Positions 29,497 through 44,640 of a stretch of 64,000 nt of DNA are shown here, in pieces. Below the pieces are notes generated by a model that was not told the DNA's origin, did not search any database, and saw only the letters and a list, made by a program, of their open reading frames with translations. Positions within the stretch are counted from its first letter, which is position 1. Each line of letters starts with the position of its first letter. Origin of the DNA: Eledone cirrhosa (Eukaryota); the NCBI GenBank assembly GCA_964016885.1, contig OZ024753.1:32736001-32800000 (forward strand), in the 5' to 3' direction. The position numbers and the translations under genes were made by a program.

Positions 29497-29660
29497 CATA
29501 TATATATATACACACAAACACATGTATATATATTTATATATATACACATATATATATACACACAAACGCATGTGTATGTGTATATATATATATATATATA
29601 CACACAAACACATGTATATATATATATATATACACATATATATACACACAAACGCATGTG

Positions 29661-29694
<34 letters not shown>

Positions 29695-29726
29695 TGTATT
29701 TATATATATATATACACATACATATG

Positions 29727-29764
<38 letters not shown>

Positions 29765-29773
29765 CACATGTAT

Positions 29774-29806
<33 letters not shown>

Positions 29807-29900
29807 TGTATATATATATATATATACACACAGACACACATATGTATATATATATATATACACACACACATGTATGTATATATATATATATATCTCTATA

Positions 29901-29968
<68 letters not shown>

Positions 29969-30015
29969 TGTATATATGTATATATATAAACCCATATATA
30001 TATATATATATAATA
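29040..30015. repeat. Compound TA/CA minisatellite with recurring CACACAAACACATG and CACACAAACGCATGTG units
   Basis: Direct reading. Confidence 0.9.
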
Positions 30016-31689
30016 TATGCTTTATATCTGTATTTTCATTTGTACATCTATTATAGTCGCCATAATATTCATATCATCATTTCATAGATGTGTCTATAGA
30101 ATACCAAATACTCAATATATTGACTTGCTGGGCAAATGTAACCGTACGCCGCTTCTTTATAAAACACAGACTGTTAATCGAACAAAAAAAAAAGAACCAT
30201 TTATTTTTTCTCTAAAAATAAAAAAAGCCTGGCAGTGAAGTTTCTCTGGTGTTGATCATATTTGCTTAAAGTTAATTCACTATTCACTGAACTCATAAAG
30301 AGAGGACACGGCACTGCCCTCTTTATTTACCAGGTGTGATAACGTACACAAGTGAGCAACCCCACATAAGAGCAATGAAGTGTTTTCATTCTTTATTGAA
30401 AACATGGTTTGCCAATCACTTTCATTTCCTAGAATTTTATATGAAAAAATATACATTACAAGTAAAATAAACAGACGCACAACACAGAGCATGAATGCTA
30501 AGTGGTCGCCAAAAGACTGGAGTACCGAAAGAATATACATATAGTTGTGTGTGTGTGTGTGTGTGTGCGTACGTAATTTCTCATGGATCCCATTAATTGA
30601 GTAATGGGTATACGGTTAATGCTATTCAACTGTTAATGGAATAAGGATTTGCAGAACTGTACAAACATTTTCCTATTTACTTGTTGGAATATTCAATATA
30701 GATTTTGCGATGATATTCTGACTTTATGACCAATTTCCACACGATATAATATGTGTACCAATGTACATTTACTGAATTAACATATATCTAAATGTATTGA
30801 GTACGTGGTATGATTGGGATATACTACTACACAGACGTAACCTGACTTAATGTTATATAATATATCTAAACTTGAAAGGGATGTATTCACAAACTCCTGA
30901 ATATGTAACGAGAGCTATTGAGATTATTAATTACTAAATATTGCTTTGAAAGTGAAGAACCAGTGCCAATGATGAAAAATTATATATCTCACTGAAATAT
31001 GCTAGCGTAATAATTTTACGGAAACGGATATACAAAGTCTGAGAAGATCTAGTAAATAAGGGATGGAGAAACTCACTCTAATGATGTGTTTATAGCTATT
31101 AATGTCATAATGTTAGCGAGAGCAGCCATAATTATTTAGCTTCTTAAACAACATTGTGAGCACATTTCTACTATTATTTCCCGTAGTCTCACTTGAATTA
31201 CAACCGAGTAGAACTCCACACAACACGTTTCATATGCCATTTCGTGATCATCATTAATCGTTTGGAAATTATACATTTTAAAATATACTCGCCACAATGC
31301 AGATAACTATAAGAATAGTTGACTATAAATATACCATGAGGACTTCAACCGATTTATTCAATAATTTACAATTATCTACTATTACTAATACGCTATGGTG
31401 ATTATATTTTCAAACCTTTGTTATGGCCCATCTTTATGATGGTGTCATATAAAGTATTATACAGTACTTTGACAATACATGTTTCACTGGTTCCTTTGTG
31501 TGACATTGATAGCATATTTTTCGTGGTGGGATATTATTAATTCAACCTTAACACTTTCACACATATTTCATCCTCAGTCAAGCGTAACTGATTCTGGGGG
31601 TGCGATAGAAAGAGATTATTTGTGTGGGTGTGTCTGTCGGATGGTGATAGAAACTGTGCCAGAGAGACTGTGTGCGTGGAGTTTAGAAT

Positions 31690-31776
<87 letters not shown>

Positions 31777-32464
31777 CGGGAGAGTAGGAGACGTGAGTGA
31801 AAAGGTTTTGTAGGAGAGAGTTGGAAAGGAGAGAGAGTAGAAGGAGTGAGAGATCGAATGTTATTTTATTTATCAATCTATCCGAGATAAAAGGCAAAGT
31901 TGACATCGGAAGAATTTGAAATCAGCACGCAACAAACTGGAACAAACATGGTCGAATGACTGCATCAATCGAGCGTGAACTTTAAGCACGATAAAGGGTC
32001 ATAAATCTGTCGGACTTTATCGAATAACCAATAGCTAATGTATTTAGTGTAAAGGGATATTGAACTACAAAACCGATGAGCTACAACCATTTAAGAATTA
32101 ATACTTCCTTCATTAAAATACACCCTCGCTTATTCTTATAATTTAAGAAACTGCTTCTAACGCATTGCTACTGCTGCTACTACTACTACTGCTAATAATA
32201 ATAGTAATAATAATGAAATGGAAGACGCTTCAGCTGCATCTGTAATTATCCAAGTCGGAAATTATATTTCCGTGTTTTAATGAAATTTATACAAAGTTTT
32301 GCTTTAAATAAAAAAAATTGCATTCTACCACGCAAGATAATATTTTCCATTGTGTGAAATGAAAATCGTTATATTTTACCCACAGACATATATTCTTTTT
32401 AATTTTATTTGTTTCAATCAGTAGACGGCCAGTACTTATACATCAATTCTGGTAATTGAGTTAT

Positions 32465-32540
<76 letters not shown>

Positions 32541-32591
32541 ATGTATGTGCGTGTGTGCGTGGAAACATAGCGATTTAATATGTATGTAGCC

Positions 32592-32636
<45 letters not shown>

Positions 32637-32639
<3 letters not shown>

Positions 32640-32794
32640 TCCGAATTTGTTTAGCAAGATTCTTTATCTGAAAACGTGTGTTGAAACCGATATTGTTATA
32701 CTTTGGGAGGGTCATGTTGCCAATAAGAAACACCACACGCACACGTGCGTGTGTTTCTTATTGGCACCATGACACTCCCAAAGTATAACAATAT
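32637..32794. mobile_element. Fold-back mini-element; relatives at about 9990-10110 and 10390-10440
   Basis: Imperfect ~105-bp palindrome at 32690-32794; the left arm matches TTTGGGAGGGTCATGTTGCCAATAAGAAACAC at 10400-10431. Confidence 0.8.
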
Positions 32795-32875
32795 ATATAA
32801 CAATATATATATTTATATATATATATATATATATATATAACGAGGAATCAGTGATGCATCAAAACACAATTTACT

Positions 32876-32969
32876 AACATATTACATATGTTTCTCCGAT
32901 GATCAGCTCAAGGCATGATATGTTATAGATTGAATCTTACTCTGCATTCTCAAAGTCCTCGGATATGTT
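32876..32969 (-). ncRNA. Diverged hammerhead of the long-stem-II family
   Basis: Minus strand AACATAT-CCGAGGA-C-TTTGA...TCGGA-GAAAC-ATAT-GTA-ATATGTT; perfect stem I and palindromic stem III; U4>C. Confidence 0.55.
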
Positions 32970-35250
32970 CATCGTTTTCAAGGCATTTCTTCATATATAT
33001 ATACACACACATCGCCTGCGATACATCGGTTAGCTATGACTTAAGTGAGATGTGTTAGGTATTTCTAGCAGTTCGAGCAACTGCGTAGAGATTAAGTCGC
33101 TGGCTTATATCAAAATTCGTAAGTATTAGCTTCAGGAAATCTTCTAAAGTAAGAACTTTTACTTTTTTGTTTCATTATTCATTTTTAAGGGATCGAAGCC
33201 CACACATTTCCTTATTTGCCATATCAATATAGCCAAGAGACTTACTGAAGATTTTCGGTGTATACACAGAATTTGTACACATTATTCAATGTTTTAAACG
33301 AATGTAGTTGCATATTTTCGATATTAAACTTGGACATATTTGCCATTTGTAGAGATATTACACTCTTATTGAATAACATGGATTATTCATAAAACTTGAG
33401 AAAAAAGGCAACATAATTACACAACAGTCTATATTTTCCTAAGCTCGCAATGGAGCCAATTTGAAGATAAGCTGTAACATTGAAAAGGATACACTATATA
33501 GAAAGTGAATATATAAATACAACGTCTATAAGTGATTGATTTAAGAAAATTGATAAGAGGCGCCGAAGTAAATGTAAAATATGAACATATGGATACATTA
33601 CTTTACAATTAATTAGATCACTAGGTAGTAATATAATGAACATATATACACTATATATATATACTATATATATACAATCATGTGTGAATGTGTTTGTATG
33701 TTCCCACATATGCATAACCCTTACACGCGCACAAAAAAGATTTCCGCGAAATAGAATAAATTCATTTTCTCGAACAGATGAAACTTTCAACGAAACTGTT
33801 AAATATATACATTGATGAAATATTGGATGTTAAAAAGCACACAAAAATAATATTAGATTTTGTTTCCCAATATTTTATTCGCGAAATCTATACACGGTGT
33901 TTTCTGATACACATGAAATACCGAGGAGTTTATGATGGAATCTCTATCATTCTTGAAATGGCTGCTTTTACACTTCTTCACATAAAATATCTATGTTTAA
34001 ACGAATTACTATCATTTACCCCCAGATGTGTAATTTCGTAGTAGAGCACAGTGCAACCGTAACCACTTCTATTAGTTTAATGATATTTGGAACTACATAA
34101 TTCGGTAAAATAAAGGCGACTATGATTATGCACAACGACATTGATGCTTACAATAATTTGACTGCGACCTTCTTGTGCCATTGCCATCATGGGTTTCAGG
34201 TGATAAACAGTAGATATTCTTCATTCTGGTACATAATGCATTTATAATTATTTGTTGCACTACTTATTTACAGTAGATAAACAAACCGTAGGTATCAGCA
34301 AATATAGAAAAACGTGCGCTCACACAACGGACTTCCATAATACTTTGGCCTACCAAACTTCACTCGCACAGTTTTGGTAAAATTGATTCTATAGTAGAAA
34401 ACACTTGTCCAACGTGTCAGTCAGTGGAACTGAACCCAAGTCTACATGGCTTTAAAATTAACTCCTTAACGACAATGCCATATCTGATTTTTGAATTTAT
34501 TTTATTTCATTGGAAATTTGAATTTCTTGTACGTTTTTATATATACATATTTGTCTAGAGAAGCGCTAATGTGCAAATAGCTGCATAAACTAGAACAGGT
34601 GATTTCTAAATGAGAATGTAAAATGAATGTATTACACGTTATTTGAATTTTAAAACACACGTCAACAATTGCGAGATACGAGACTCATTATACTGTATTG
34701 TGAAATAACGTGTGATATTTTGCTGATACACGATGCGAACGAGTTCTCTAAAGTGGCTAGGTCTCTTGTAAAATCATCAAGTTGTTAAATTCGGCAACCA
34801 TTTCAGAATTTGTCATTTTGTAGAACTTTCATTTCCTTTCCTATGTTCATTTACATGACATCAAACGCATCGACGTTTGGTCGATTTTTTTCCTACGCAA
34901 TCATAGGTTGCCAAATTGAATGTAACACGTTACGCCATCATAGCTGAATTATTAGCATGCGCTTTCATGTGAAAGGCATACATCATTAGCCTAGTTCCTC
35001 GCTATCGGATTGAAAGAACAACGCCCTCACATAAATACATCTCACATATAACTTTGAACAAATACACAGGTGTAAAAATATGTTAATACTCAAAAGCATA
35101 CGAGTGTCCTTCCCTGAATTTCTATATATCTAAGCTCGAATATATAAAGATCGTTTAAAATATTGTATTTCAGTTTGATATATATATATATATATATATA
35201 TTATGTATATATATATATATATATATACGTGTGTGTGTGTATGTGTGTGC

Positions 35251-35283
<33 letters not shown>

Positions 35284-35581
35284 CTTACATATGTCTTATC
35301 GACCCATCCCTGGATTTTTGTACTTGTTCTTATTACTATACATACATACGTACGATGGCTGCCGCCCGATTTCTAGTGTTGCCATCACATGATATTTACA
35401 CTCACATAAGGAATTGTTTAACCCTGCCAAGGATTTACATACCATTCTGCCGTGAAATCTTATAAAAAAGCCTTTTTCAGCTACGGCCAGCTATGGTCAG
35501 GAATCACATGTAAAAGACGTTTAGATCAAGTGATGCCCGTGTTTGAACCTTTTTTAAGCGAAGAGAATCTTTACACTAGAC

Positions 35582-35896
35582 CTGTGGTTCCCAACCTTGT
35601 ATGCACCATACACCACCTCAACATCTAAAAAATTATCTCCCCCCTTTGACATGAAAACTGCAATGATCAACTGGAAAGTGTAAACAAATTGGTGTATAAG
35701 TAGTGCCAAATGTAGAATAATATATGGAGGAGGTATGGCAGGAGTTTCTGACTGTAATGTGCACCAAAGTTGCCTTGGTGTAAAAGCAATATAATAAAAC
35801 ATGCGGTTTGTTCTCATTAACATCATAGTCAAATGGCCCCCTTAAATATTAAAATAGTTCCCCTATTATGTATGCGCCCTATGTTGGGAATCACTG
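35582..35896. mobile_element. hAT (Charlie-like) non-autonomous DNA transposon (MITE)
   Basis: TIRs CTGTGGTTCCCAAC / GTTGGGAATCACTG; 8-bp TSD CACTAGAC (35574-35581) and GACTAGAC (35897-35904). Confidence 0.8.
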
Positions 35897-37786
35897 GACT
35901 AGACCAATCCCACACTCTGAACAACGGTGACAGTTTTCCATAACGAAGAACACATCAACATATATATAATATCTTGTAATGTCTTTGTCACTTTGTCGCT
36001 TAAATTCAGGAAGACAGGAGCAAACGACGTTGAAATCTGGCTGTCGTTTATAAATATGAAATCGGTGTAGATATTTTAATATTCTTGTTATTTTGCGTGA
36101 TTGTATCATAATTCCCTAACTGTTCAATTTGTTTTCACTTAGTAATCATTCATTCTCTAAATAATTATCTTTACAATGCTAAACACAGCTTGCTTATTGC
36201 GTATGTAAATATATATTTCATCCTTTTCAATGGAATTATCTGTTGATAATGATAACTATTATCAACTTATTAAATAGCAGCGCTAACCTAACTGTAGATT
36301 GCAATGTTTGATCAACTATTATAACTATTAATTCCAGGAATGATTGTATTATTTTACGGACTTTTAAACAGCAATTGCACTGATTACATTCACATAAAAT
36401 AAGTGGTTATAATTCTGTCATGAAAAGCAAACACTTTTATGATTCATGAGATAATCGATATGTAAATTCAAAAGGAACAAATGAAAGACAGAAGAGACAA
36501 TTTCTATACAAAATATTGAAAACCTGCTGCGAATTACATACATTAAACTTCCAATGTTATTTATACATATTCTAATTCAGGAACCTGCTGAAAGACAACA
36601 GGTAATAGCATACACCTACGCATATTCATAACTTACGTAACAACAGTGATATTGTGACACGTAGGACGTGCTGTGAGTTTAAATATATATATTTCCTGTT
36701 TTATCAAATTAGTAGCTGTGAGGAGTACGTGGAGATTTATCAGAATACAGGGAAACGGTAAATACTAAGGCATACAACACTGTAATCTTACGGTATATTG
36801 TCGTCTACTGTCAAAGGCGTTCAAGATTTGACAATTTCAACATTTTTACAGACATAGCCGAATGACGGGTCTTTGATTTTTTAAGATGTTGATATGGGAG
36901 TGAGTTAACTCCTACGCCCGTCAATTAACGCTCCCACTTAGCTGTTCCCTCTGTTAACCAGGGTGTTATACATAGGTAAATAGGAAATTGTTTAGAGAAT
37001 GATGGACGTAAATAAAGGTTGTTTACACAAAACGTACGATGAGTAACACAAAAGACGTAGAATTCTTGTTTTATTATATATGTCGGAGGAATGGCAGAAT
37101 TGTTAGAGTCTCTGGTGTGAATTGGAAAACGTGGTAGAGTCTCAGACAAATCCTTTCTTCTGATTCTGTATGTCTTGTGTTGGAATCCAACCGATAAAAA
37201 CATCCCCTTTCATCCTCCAGGATGTCAAATAAAGTTACAGTCACCTACAGCGGTCGCTTTAATCGATTTTCTTTTCCCTGCCAAATTGCTGAAGTTGTGT
37301 CAAAATTAGAAACCATTATATAACCCAGGCATGAATAAATCTAGTCGCACCTGCGACAATATAAATATATCTCGCATTTGATCACCTATTTTGTGAATTC
37401 GGTCCTTCATTATAATTCACAATACTGGAGATTTTGTGATAGTTGCGGGCTGTACTATATAAATACTTTTCCTTATACGTGATATTTATCTTCCTTAATC
37501 TGTAGTTATGTTGTATAGGAAGCAGGTGTATTGAAATGTAACAAAATGTAACAAGACAAATAAGTAATTAAAAATACTCCAGAATAACTCCAGTCTCCTT
37601 ACTCCTCAAAAGCAACAGCTAATTATTTATATATTTGATAATTAAAACTATGATTGCCATATATTTTGTTATTTTTATTAGGAAGCTAAAACAAGAAAAA
37701 CGCTTTAAAAATAAGAAAATGTGATTTATTCCACGTTTCATAGGACTCACTATAAGACTATAGTACTATTTACATAATGGTAAATC

Positions 37787-37820
37787 TCACACAGACACAC
37801 ATAGTAAATATATTGATTAA

Positions 37821-37870
<50 letters not shown>

Positions 37871-37900
37871 TGCATCAATATATTTACTATGTGTGTCTGT

Positions 37901-37904
<4 letters not shown>
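37787..37904. repeat. Inverted duplication of flanking sequence across a (TA)n tract
   Basis: TCACACAGACACACATAGTAAATATATTGAT is mirrored at about 37874-37904. Confidence 0.85.
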
Positions 37905-37955
<51 letters not shown>

Positions 37956-37959
<4 letters not shown>

Positions 37960-38131
37960 ATGTGGTTAACGAATGAGAGAAAAATACAAGAGTAGAGTTT
38001 TAAGATTTATTTTGTTAAGTGCAAATAGTGAGCCTTGTTACTCTGGAGTTTTGCCTGTTTATCACCGTCATCAGACAAGAATTGGGCGAAACTCCAGTGT
38101 AATAAGAGTCACTATTTAGCCTTAATAAAAT
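37956..38131 (-). mobile_element. Fold-back mini-element with degenerate hammerhead (38033-38080, minus strand)
   Basis: Imperfect arms at about 38010-38055 and 38085-38130; minus strand TCTTGT-CTGATGA-..-AAAAC-TCCAGA-GTA-ACAAGG; the mirror arm retains GAAAC. Confidence 0.6.
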
Positions 38132-38132
38132 G

Positions 38133-38182
<50 letters not shown>

Positions 38183-38713
38183 TACATGTATATACATAAA
38201 TATACATTATGTAAAAACATTTATTAGAGTGAAGCAGATGGCACTCGTACACATACTACATAAAAACCAAGTTACGCGCACACACATGTTTTATATGAGA
38301 CTACAGTTTTTGAAGGGTTAACTGAAGTTCTGGCATTTATCAACACAATAACGTTTTGTAAAACATTATCGACATAGACAGAATACTGTAAATAATCCTA
38401 TGATGATGATGATGATCGTGGTGGCGGTGGTGATTACGATAACAAAAAATTCCAATTGTGATATTTTATACTAATGAATACGTCAATATATATAATTTTT
38501 TCAGATAAAACATTGCGGATGCTCAATTATAATTTCTAAAGCCTTATGTTTGCACAGACAGACAGAGACAGATAGAAGGTGTGTGTTGGTGCGCGGGTGG
38601 TTACTTGAGAAGGCGAAATGGTGGTAGGGGGAGAGAGAGAATATAAAGGAAAAATATAGAAGAAAAATATAGATAGAAAAGCAGCCATTTCAAGGCAATG
38701 GCAAAATACCAAA

Positions 38714-38930
38714 GATGAAGATGAAATTGGTGATATTGATGATCATAATGATGATGATGAAGTTGGCGATGGTGATGACAATGAAAATAGCAAAGATAAG
38801 GAACATGATGATGATGATGGTTCTAATGATGAGGATGACAATGATAATAAATATGATGAACATGGTGTCGATGGGCACGACGTTGATGAGCGCATTGGTG
38901 TCTACGACGATGAGGATGAGGATGGTGGGA
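38714..38930. repeat. Decayed (GAT)n low-complexity tract
   Basis: GAT periodicity. Confidence 0.75.
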
Positions 38931-40102
38931 TGGTGCAGATTGGCTGGTGGTGCTGAGTTTCTTTTTAGCAAACAGGCAATTATGCTTTCTCACGTCCGAC
39001 TGGAGATAATATTATCTGGCAACATAACTGTTCCAATCTCCACTGTCATGTGTACATGTTCGATCACAGTTTAGAAAACTGTTGTTGCCATCAATCCGAC
39101 ACGATTTCATCACTAGAGATAACAGGGGCTGATCTAACCTTTGCACACGTTGAAATTTAAGTACCCACATCTACTACTTCTACTGATACATAGGAAAGAA
39201 CTATAGCTTAAAATGTATAAGCAAGGTTATATGCACATATATACACAATTATATATAAATATACACATACACACGTATGCACGCACACACATTATATATA
39301 TAGTTTCGTCAGTCAATGTGTGTATCTGTATTTTTATTTTTATAAGAATTCTGCTGAACCACTATACTTAAGTGAAATGTTTATATGTGTCCCCTTTTCA
39401 CACTCCTCCTTCATATTTTCTTTGTGAGAATCATGAGAATGCATTGCTTTCATTGAATAGACACAATGTCACTACCCTGATAGAATAGCTTTAGAAAATA
39501 TTCTACTAAAGCTGTTATATGACAAGACATGAATATCACGAAATACCAGCTATGATAAACCATTAATCTAAATGTATTCTTAAAAATTAACTTATCAGTC
39601 CATTTTAAAGGATCTCCGGTTGGGAAAGCGCAGATTTTGATAAGATTGCGGTAACCTCTTAATTGGCGCTACTCCGAAAGTCTGTTCTGATCCTGAACAG
39701 TAGCAACAGCGAAGATTGCGGGGTAAATTGGTTTACGTAATAACCCTGACTCAGTAAATGCCTGTGAATGAACCCGAAAACATCAAGTAGTAGAGAACAT
39801 ATATGAAAATGAATCTTCCAAATGGATGATGAACAATGCTCATTAGACAGACGAGTCTATTGGCTCTTTCCAGGAGTGTCAAAACTCGCCTAAGAACCTA
39901 TCTTATCTTCACTATATGTGATTGACAAGTCTCATATGTCACAGAAATGTAACACAGTGTTGTAGGTATGCATGATAAGATTGCATTTGAAGCTATATCT
40001 TACATTCGCTCTTCTTGTTAGCATTAAATGTAAAATATAATCAAATTGTGGTTGATTTCATAGATCTTATCTGACTGCTGTATGTGGGATAAATATATAT
40101 AT

Positions 40103-40136
<34 letters not shown>

Positions 40137-41748
40137 TTTTGCGCATTTGTGCACGCACATTATATTGACATCTACGTAAGAGTATGTATTTATTTGTATG
40201 TGTATTCCTAATAGCGGTGCTCACAACCCGCTATTAATACTCTCCTACATACGAGGTGCTAAAGACATAGTTCAGTCGACATGATTGCAAGCATTCCCAT
40301 TAAATTCTTTTGGCAATACAATATTATATGTCAACACTCAGTCTACAGATAAATGGGGAAGAACAAATAGATTATTTAATCTTTCTGGAATTGAGCATTA
40401 ATATAAAAATTGAATTAAACAAATCTTAATGTTGACTTAGTTCTACACAGCTTATTCTCGTAAACTATGTAATGCTTGCATTTAATACGTCCTTTGTTTT
40501 TCCACTCGATATAAACAGTAAATTCTAACTAGATAATCCTTTATAAGTAAAGATTATTTATCTGACGTAATCTATTTTAGTTTACATTCAAAGAATTTAT
40601 ATTATATCGTAGCATGGAAGTAAGAATTGATTATATTCGTAAAAAAAAATTGCTTGTTTTACAACATAGCACCTATGAGGCAAATAGTGAATGTTAAATA
40701 TATTTATTTCAGTTTTGTATAAATAATGGGCTAACGGACGGCGTTGTGATATACGGCGTGTCGTGGGCATCTTTTAATCTGAGAGTAATAATACCTTTCC
40801 CTGACATGACTGAACACTGCCGATCTCTTCATGAGTAGAAGATTCAGTGTGTGCGTGTATAGTTACGGCCATTGACATTCTGCCGAGTGCAGCATTGACA
40901 TTCTGCCGAAGGCAGCATTGCCTTTCATCCTGACGGCGTCACTAAAATAAAGTACCAATAATTCATTGCGGTCGATTTAATCAACTTTCGGCTTCCCTTA
41001 AAATAACTAGATGGCCTTCTGCCAAATGTAGAAAAATTTCTTATCAAGCTCTAAAAATAGCTCTTCGGATTATGAAGTGCTCAAGCGGTTAAGAATTTTT
41101 TTTCTGCATGTTTGATGTCATTAAAACATAAAATCTCTGCTTGAAAAATAAAACATTAATTCTAATGTCATCACACAGAGTGAAAAAATATAGTGTAAAA
41201 CAGTTTTCTGCTGTTCATATAGCAGAAATGATGCATCGAAGGGAGTAAGGGTTTAATTCAAAACATTCGGATTCCTAGCAGATCAGATAAAACAAGAATG
41301 ACATGATTTATCAAAGATACTGCTCAAGTATCGGGATTGTATAGTAGAGGATTAGTATTCTAACAATGAGATTTCCGTTCGGGTGAAATAACTGATGTAG
41401 AATTAAGTCTATTTATGGCATATACTGATGATATCGAGATAACGGTGCTGCAAGAAAATATAAGATATTCAGATACAATTTAAAATGTATCTACTTAGTT
41501 CTATGCAAATGTGTCATTAGCAAAATATAATTGGTTCCTAAATATACTGATATGAAGGATATCCAGACTCCTGTACATAATACGCAGACTACTATTATAT
41601 TATTAAGAAATGCAAACAAAGCAAAGGCAAGGAAACAATGAATGTATCCGTTAGGTTTCATGAAATGATATAAGGAAAGCGATAGTTTCGTATAATTTGC
41701 AGTGCATTGAAAAAATACCTGAAAGATACAACTTTGTTATATATATAT

Positions 41749-41939
41749 AACAAAGGAAATGTGGTAAGGAACCAGATGGACCATAACGCACCAGAGTACT
41801 CAATACTTAGGAGTGGGACATAGGAAAAAGTATGACCCCGACGGCAGAGCTCAAGCCGTTTCGACGGCTATTTCTGGACTCCAGAAATAGCCGTCGAAAC
41901 GGCTTGAGCTCTGCCGTCAGGGGTCATACTTTTTCCTAT
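41749..41939. mobile_element. ~190-bp hairpin mini-element in (TA)n
   Basis: 120-bp near-perfect palindrome at 41820-41939 plus ~70-bp tail; contains the 3' half of a hammerhead. Confidence 0.88.
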
Positions 41940-43489
41940 ATATATATATGCACGTATGTATATTTATTTATATATTTAAATCCCAACAACCATCCTTTTT
42001 TGTATTAATCGTATTAAATGGAGGAGCTGACACAAAGGAAAAACTTAAACAATAAGATGAAGGAATATCGATTGGGAAAGATAGATGTGACTGGGATACA
42101 CTTCATAGCAATATAATCAAAGATATATTGATTGAATTGTTGAGTCGTCTTATTCAGCATCTTACATTTTACAGTGCAATAATCCACCCCTCGTGATCTT
42201 TCTTCACATAGTTATGGCAGAGTTGAAAATGAAGATTAGATATTCCTAGCCAATATTAATAGATTGCTATTCTTTCGTTTTGCAAATTTATGTGAAAATG
42301 TTGTCCCATCCCGCTATGTATGTATATACATATATACAGATATCTATGTGCGTGTGTGTGTGCGTGTGTGTATTTGTGTGTGTATGTGTGTGTGTATATC
42401 TATCTGAAGGCGTGTGCCCTAAGTATTATAGTTATCAGTTCATAAACATAAGATCTTGAGTGCTATTCTAGGCGGTGTCCAATTCACTCAGCTTACAACA
42501 TTGACATGTACCTGTAATTCAACCATACAGCCTTGTGATATTGATTCTAGTACCTCGAATACTCGGGAATTTACACGTTAATTTTACGAGCAGACACTTC
42601 CGTTGATTGTATCAACAGATGTTATTTGGAGGTACAAGAAATATGCCATAAATCATTTCAGATTATGCAACTTCAACTTAATGTAATAGTGTGAGCGTGT
42701 ACGAGGGCTAATGTGTGTGTCTGAGTGTAATTTATCCCCTTTCTATTATGTAATTCAAACATATTTCTTATTGAATAAATAGTATTTCAATTAAATACTC
42801 CTTACCAATGAATAATTTAAACCTATTTAAATAAATGTAGATATATGTCATGTATTTCTCGTTAACATATCGACACCTTTATAAACACTCATATATATAT
42901 ACACATTCATGCATACACACGAATTCACACACACACATACACACACGCACACTAATTCATACATACATAAATGCATACACAAGAATCCATAGATACAAAC
43001 TTCCACACGAAATCACGCATATATAAAGCATACATAGATGCATACACAGGAATTCACACATACATACATGCATACACACGGATTCCCACATACGTACATG
43101 CAATTGAGAGGTTTAACCGTATCTCAGTAAACTATTACAGTTTGGTGTGGGTTGATGTGCAATTTCTGACACCATTTATCAACTAAATATGGACACTCAT
43201 TGTTCATATGTGAATAGATCATCTAACGTTATATCATAGGAAAGGGAAACAAATACATAAACTGTAGAAATACGTTAAGACACTGCAACAATAGACTATA
43301 AACTAGCCGGTGAACTAACACCTGCTGATGTTAATATAATATATATATTCGAGATTTATATTAGTCTTAGCAGATGCATACAATTTATAATTTTTATCTC
43401 AACGTATTTGTTATAATAAATACAAGTTAAATGACACAATTCAGTTTCATACAATCAGGAGATCCTCTATACACACATTTTAATAGTCA

Positions 43490-43526
<37 letters not shown>

Positions 43527-44354
43527 ATCACTCACACGTGCACTTGAAATACTTATAGGAATCCATATTTCGCACTTATAACGAAAATATGTTGAGTTTT
43601 TTTTTGTGCAAAGATATTACCAAGAGATACAAAATAAACAGAAGAGAAATATATGATATATAATGTATTTATTTCAATGTGCAATTAGATTTCAATTTAA
43701 ATGTCTCTTTATAATATTATATCATTATAATATTATATCATTATAGTATTACTTTCGTCTTGATCACCCACCCCAGTTTTATTGCGTTTTCCTAGAAAAC
43801 ACTGCTGGTATAATTATAGATATATTGAATATGACAATGCAATCCTATAACTTAATTATAAATTCAATTCTTACTACAAATTTCGTTGATTCAAGCATTT
43901 TGACGAGATCTTTAAGAAAGTAAATCAAGCATGAGCTTATACTTCATATTTTCCGTCAGTGTTTTTGTATCACCAGTATCTGAGAAATGATATCAACAGA
44001 TTCACACACAATTCTCTTGGAATATTTGCTGACAAAAGTAAAATGAATAACTATATTCCCACATAAAACTATCTGCCATAAACGGACGATAGTATACGCA
44101 GAAAATACAGAATATGTTTTATATATATTACATGATGCTTCATTATATTTACTAGAGTATACTCCTATTATTTCTTTGTTTCCATATATATACATATACA
44201 CACACACATACATATACGCACACACATATACATACACACACACGCATATACACATACACATATATATATATATACATGCGGATAAATAAACATAAATTCA
44301 TAGTTATGAATGCAATTAAATATATTAAAGCATATACAAAATGCATATGTACAC

Positions 44355-44413
<59 letters not shown>

Positions 44414-44558
44414 AGCAAAGTGTTTAATAAATACATTAAATATAAGCTGTATGGAAGAATCAAATATTGTGTATAAAGTTATAATATTTGGTATTTAAAA
44501 TAACTTTAATTTGGCGAACATTTGAATTAAACAGCCTACACACATACACACACTCTCG

Positions 44559-44601
<43 letters not shown>

Positions 44602-44640
44602 CATATTTAAGCGCACACGGAAATATAGCAATTTCCTTAC

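Noticed and set aside
38690-39074. Met-rich ORF and an open Asp/Glu-rich alternative frame
   Set aside because: Explained by a decayed (GAT)n repeat; no convincing splice or start context
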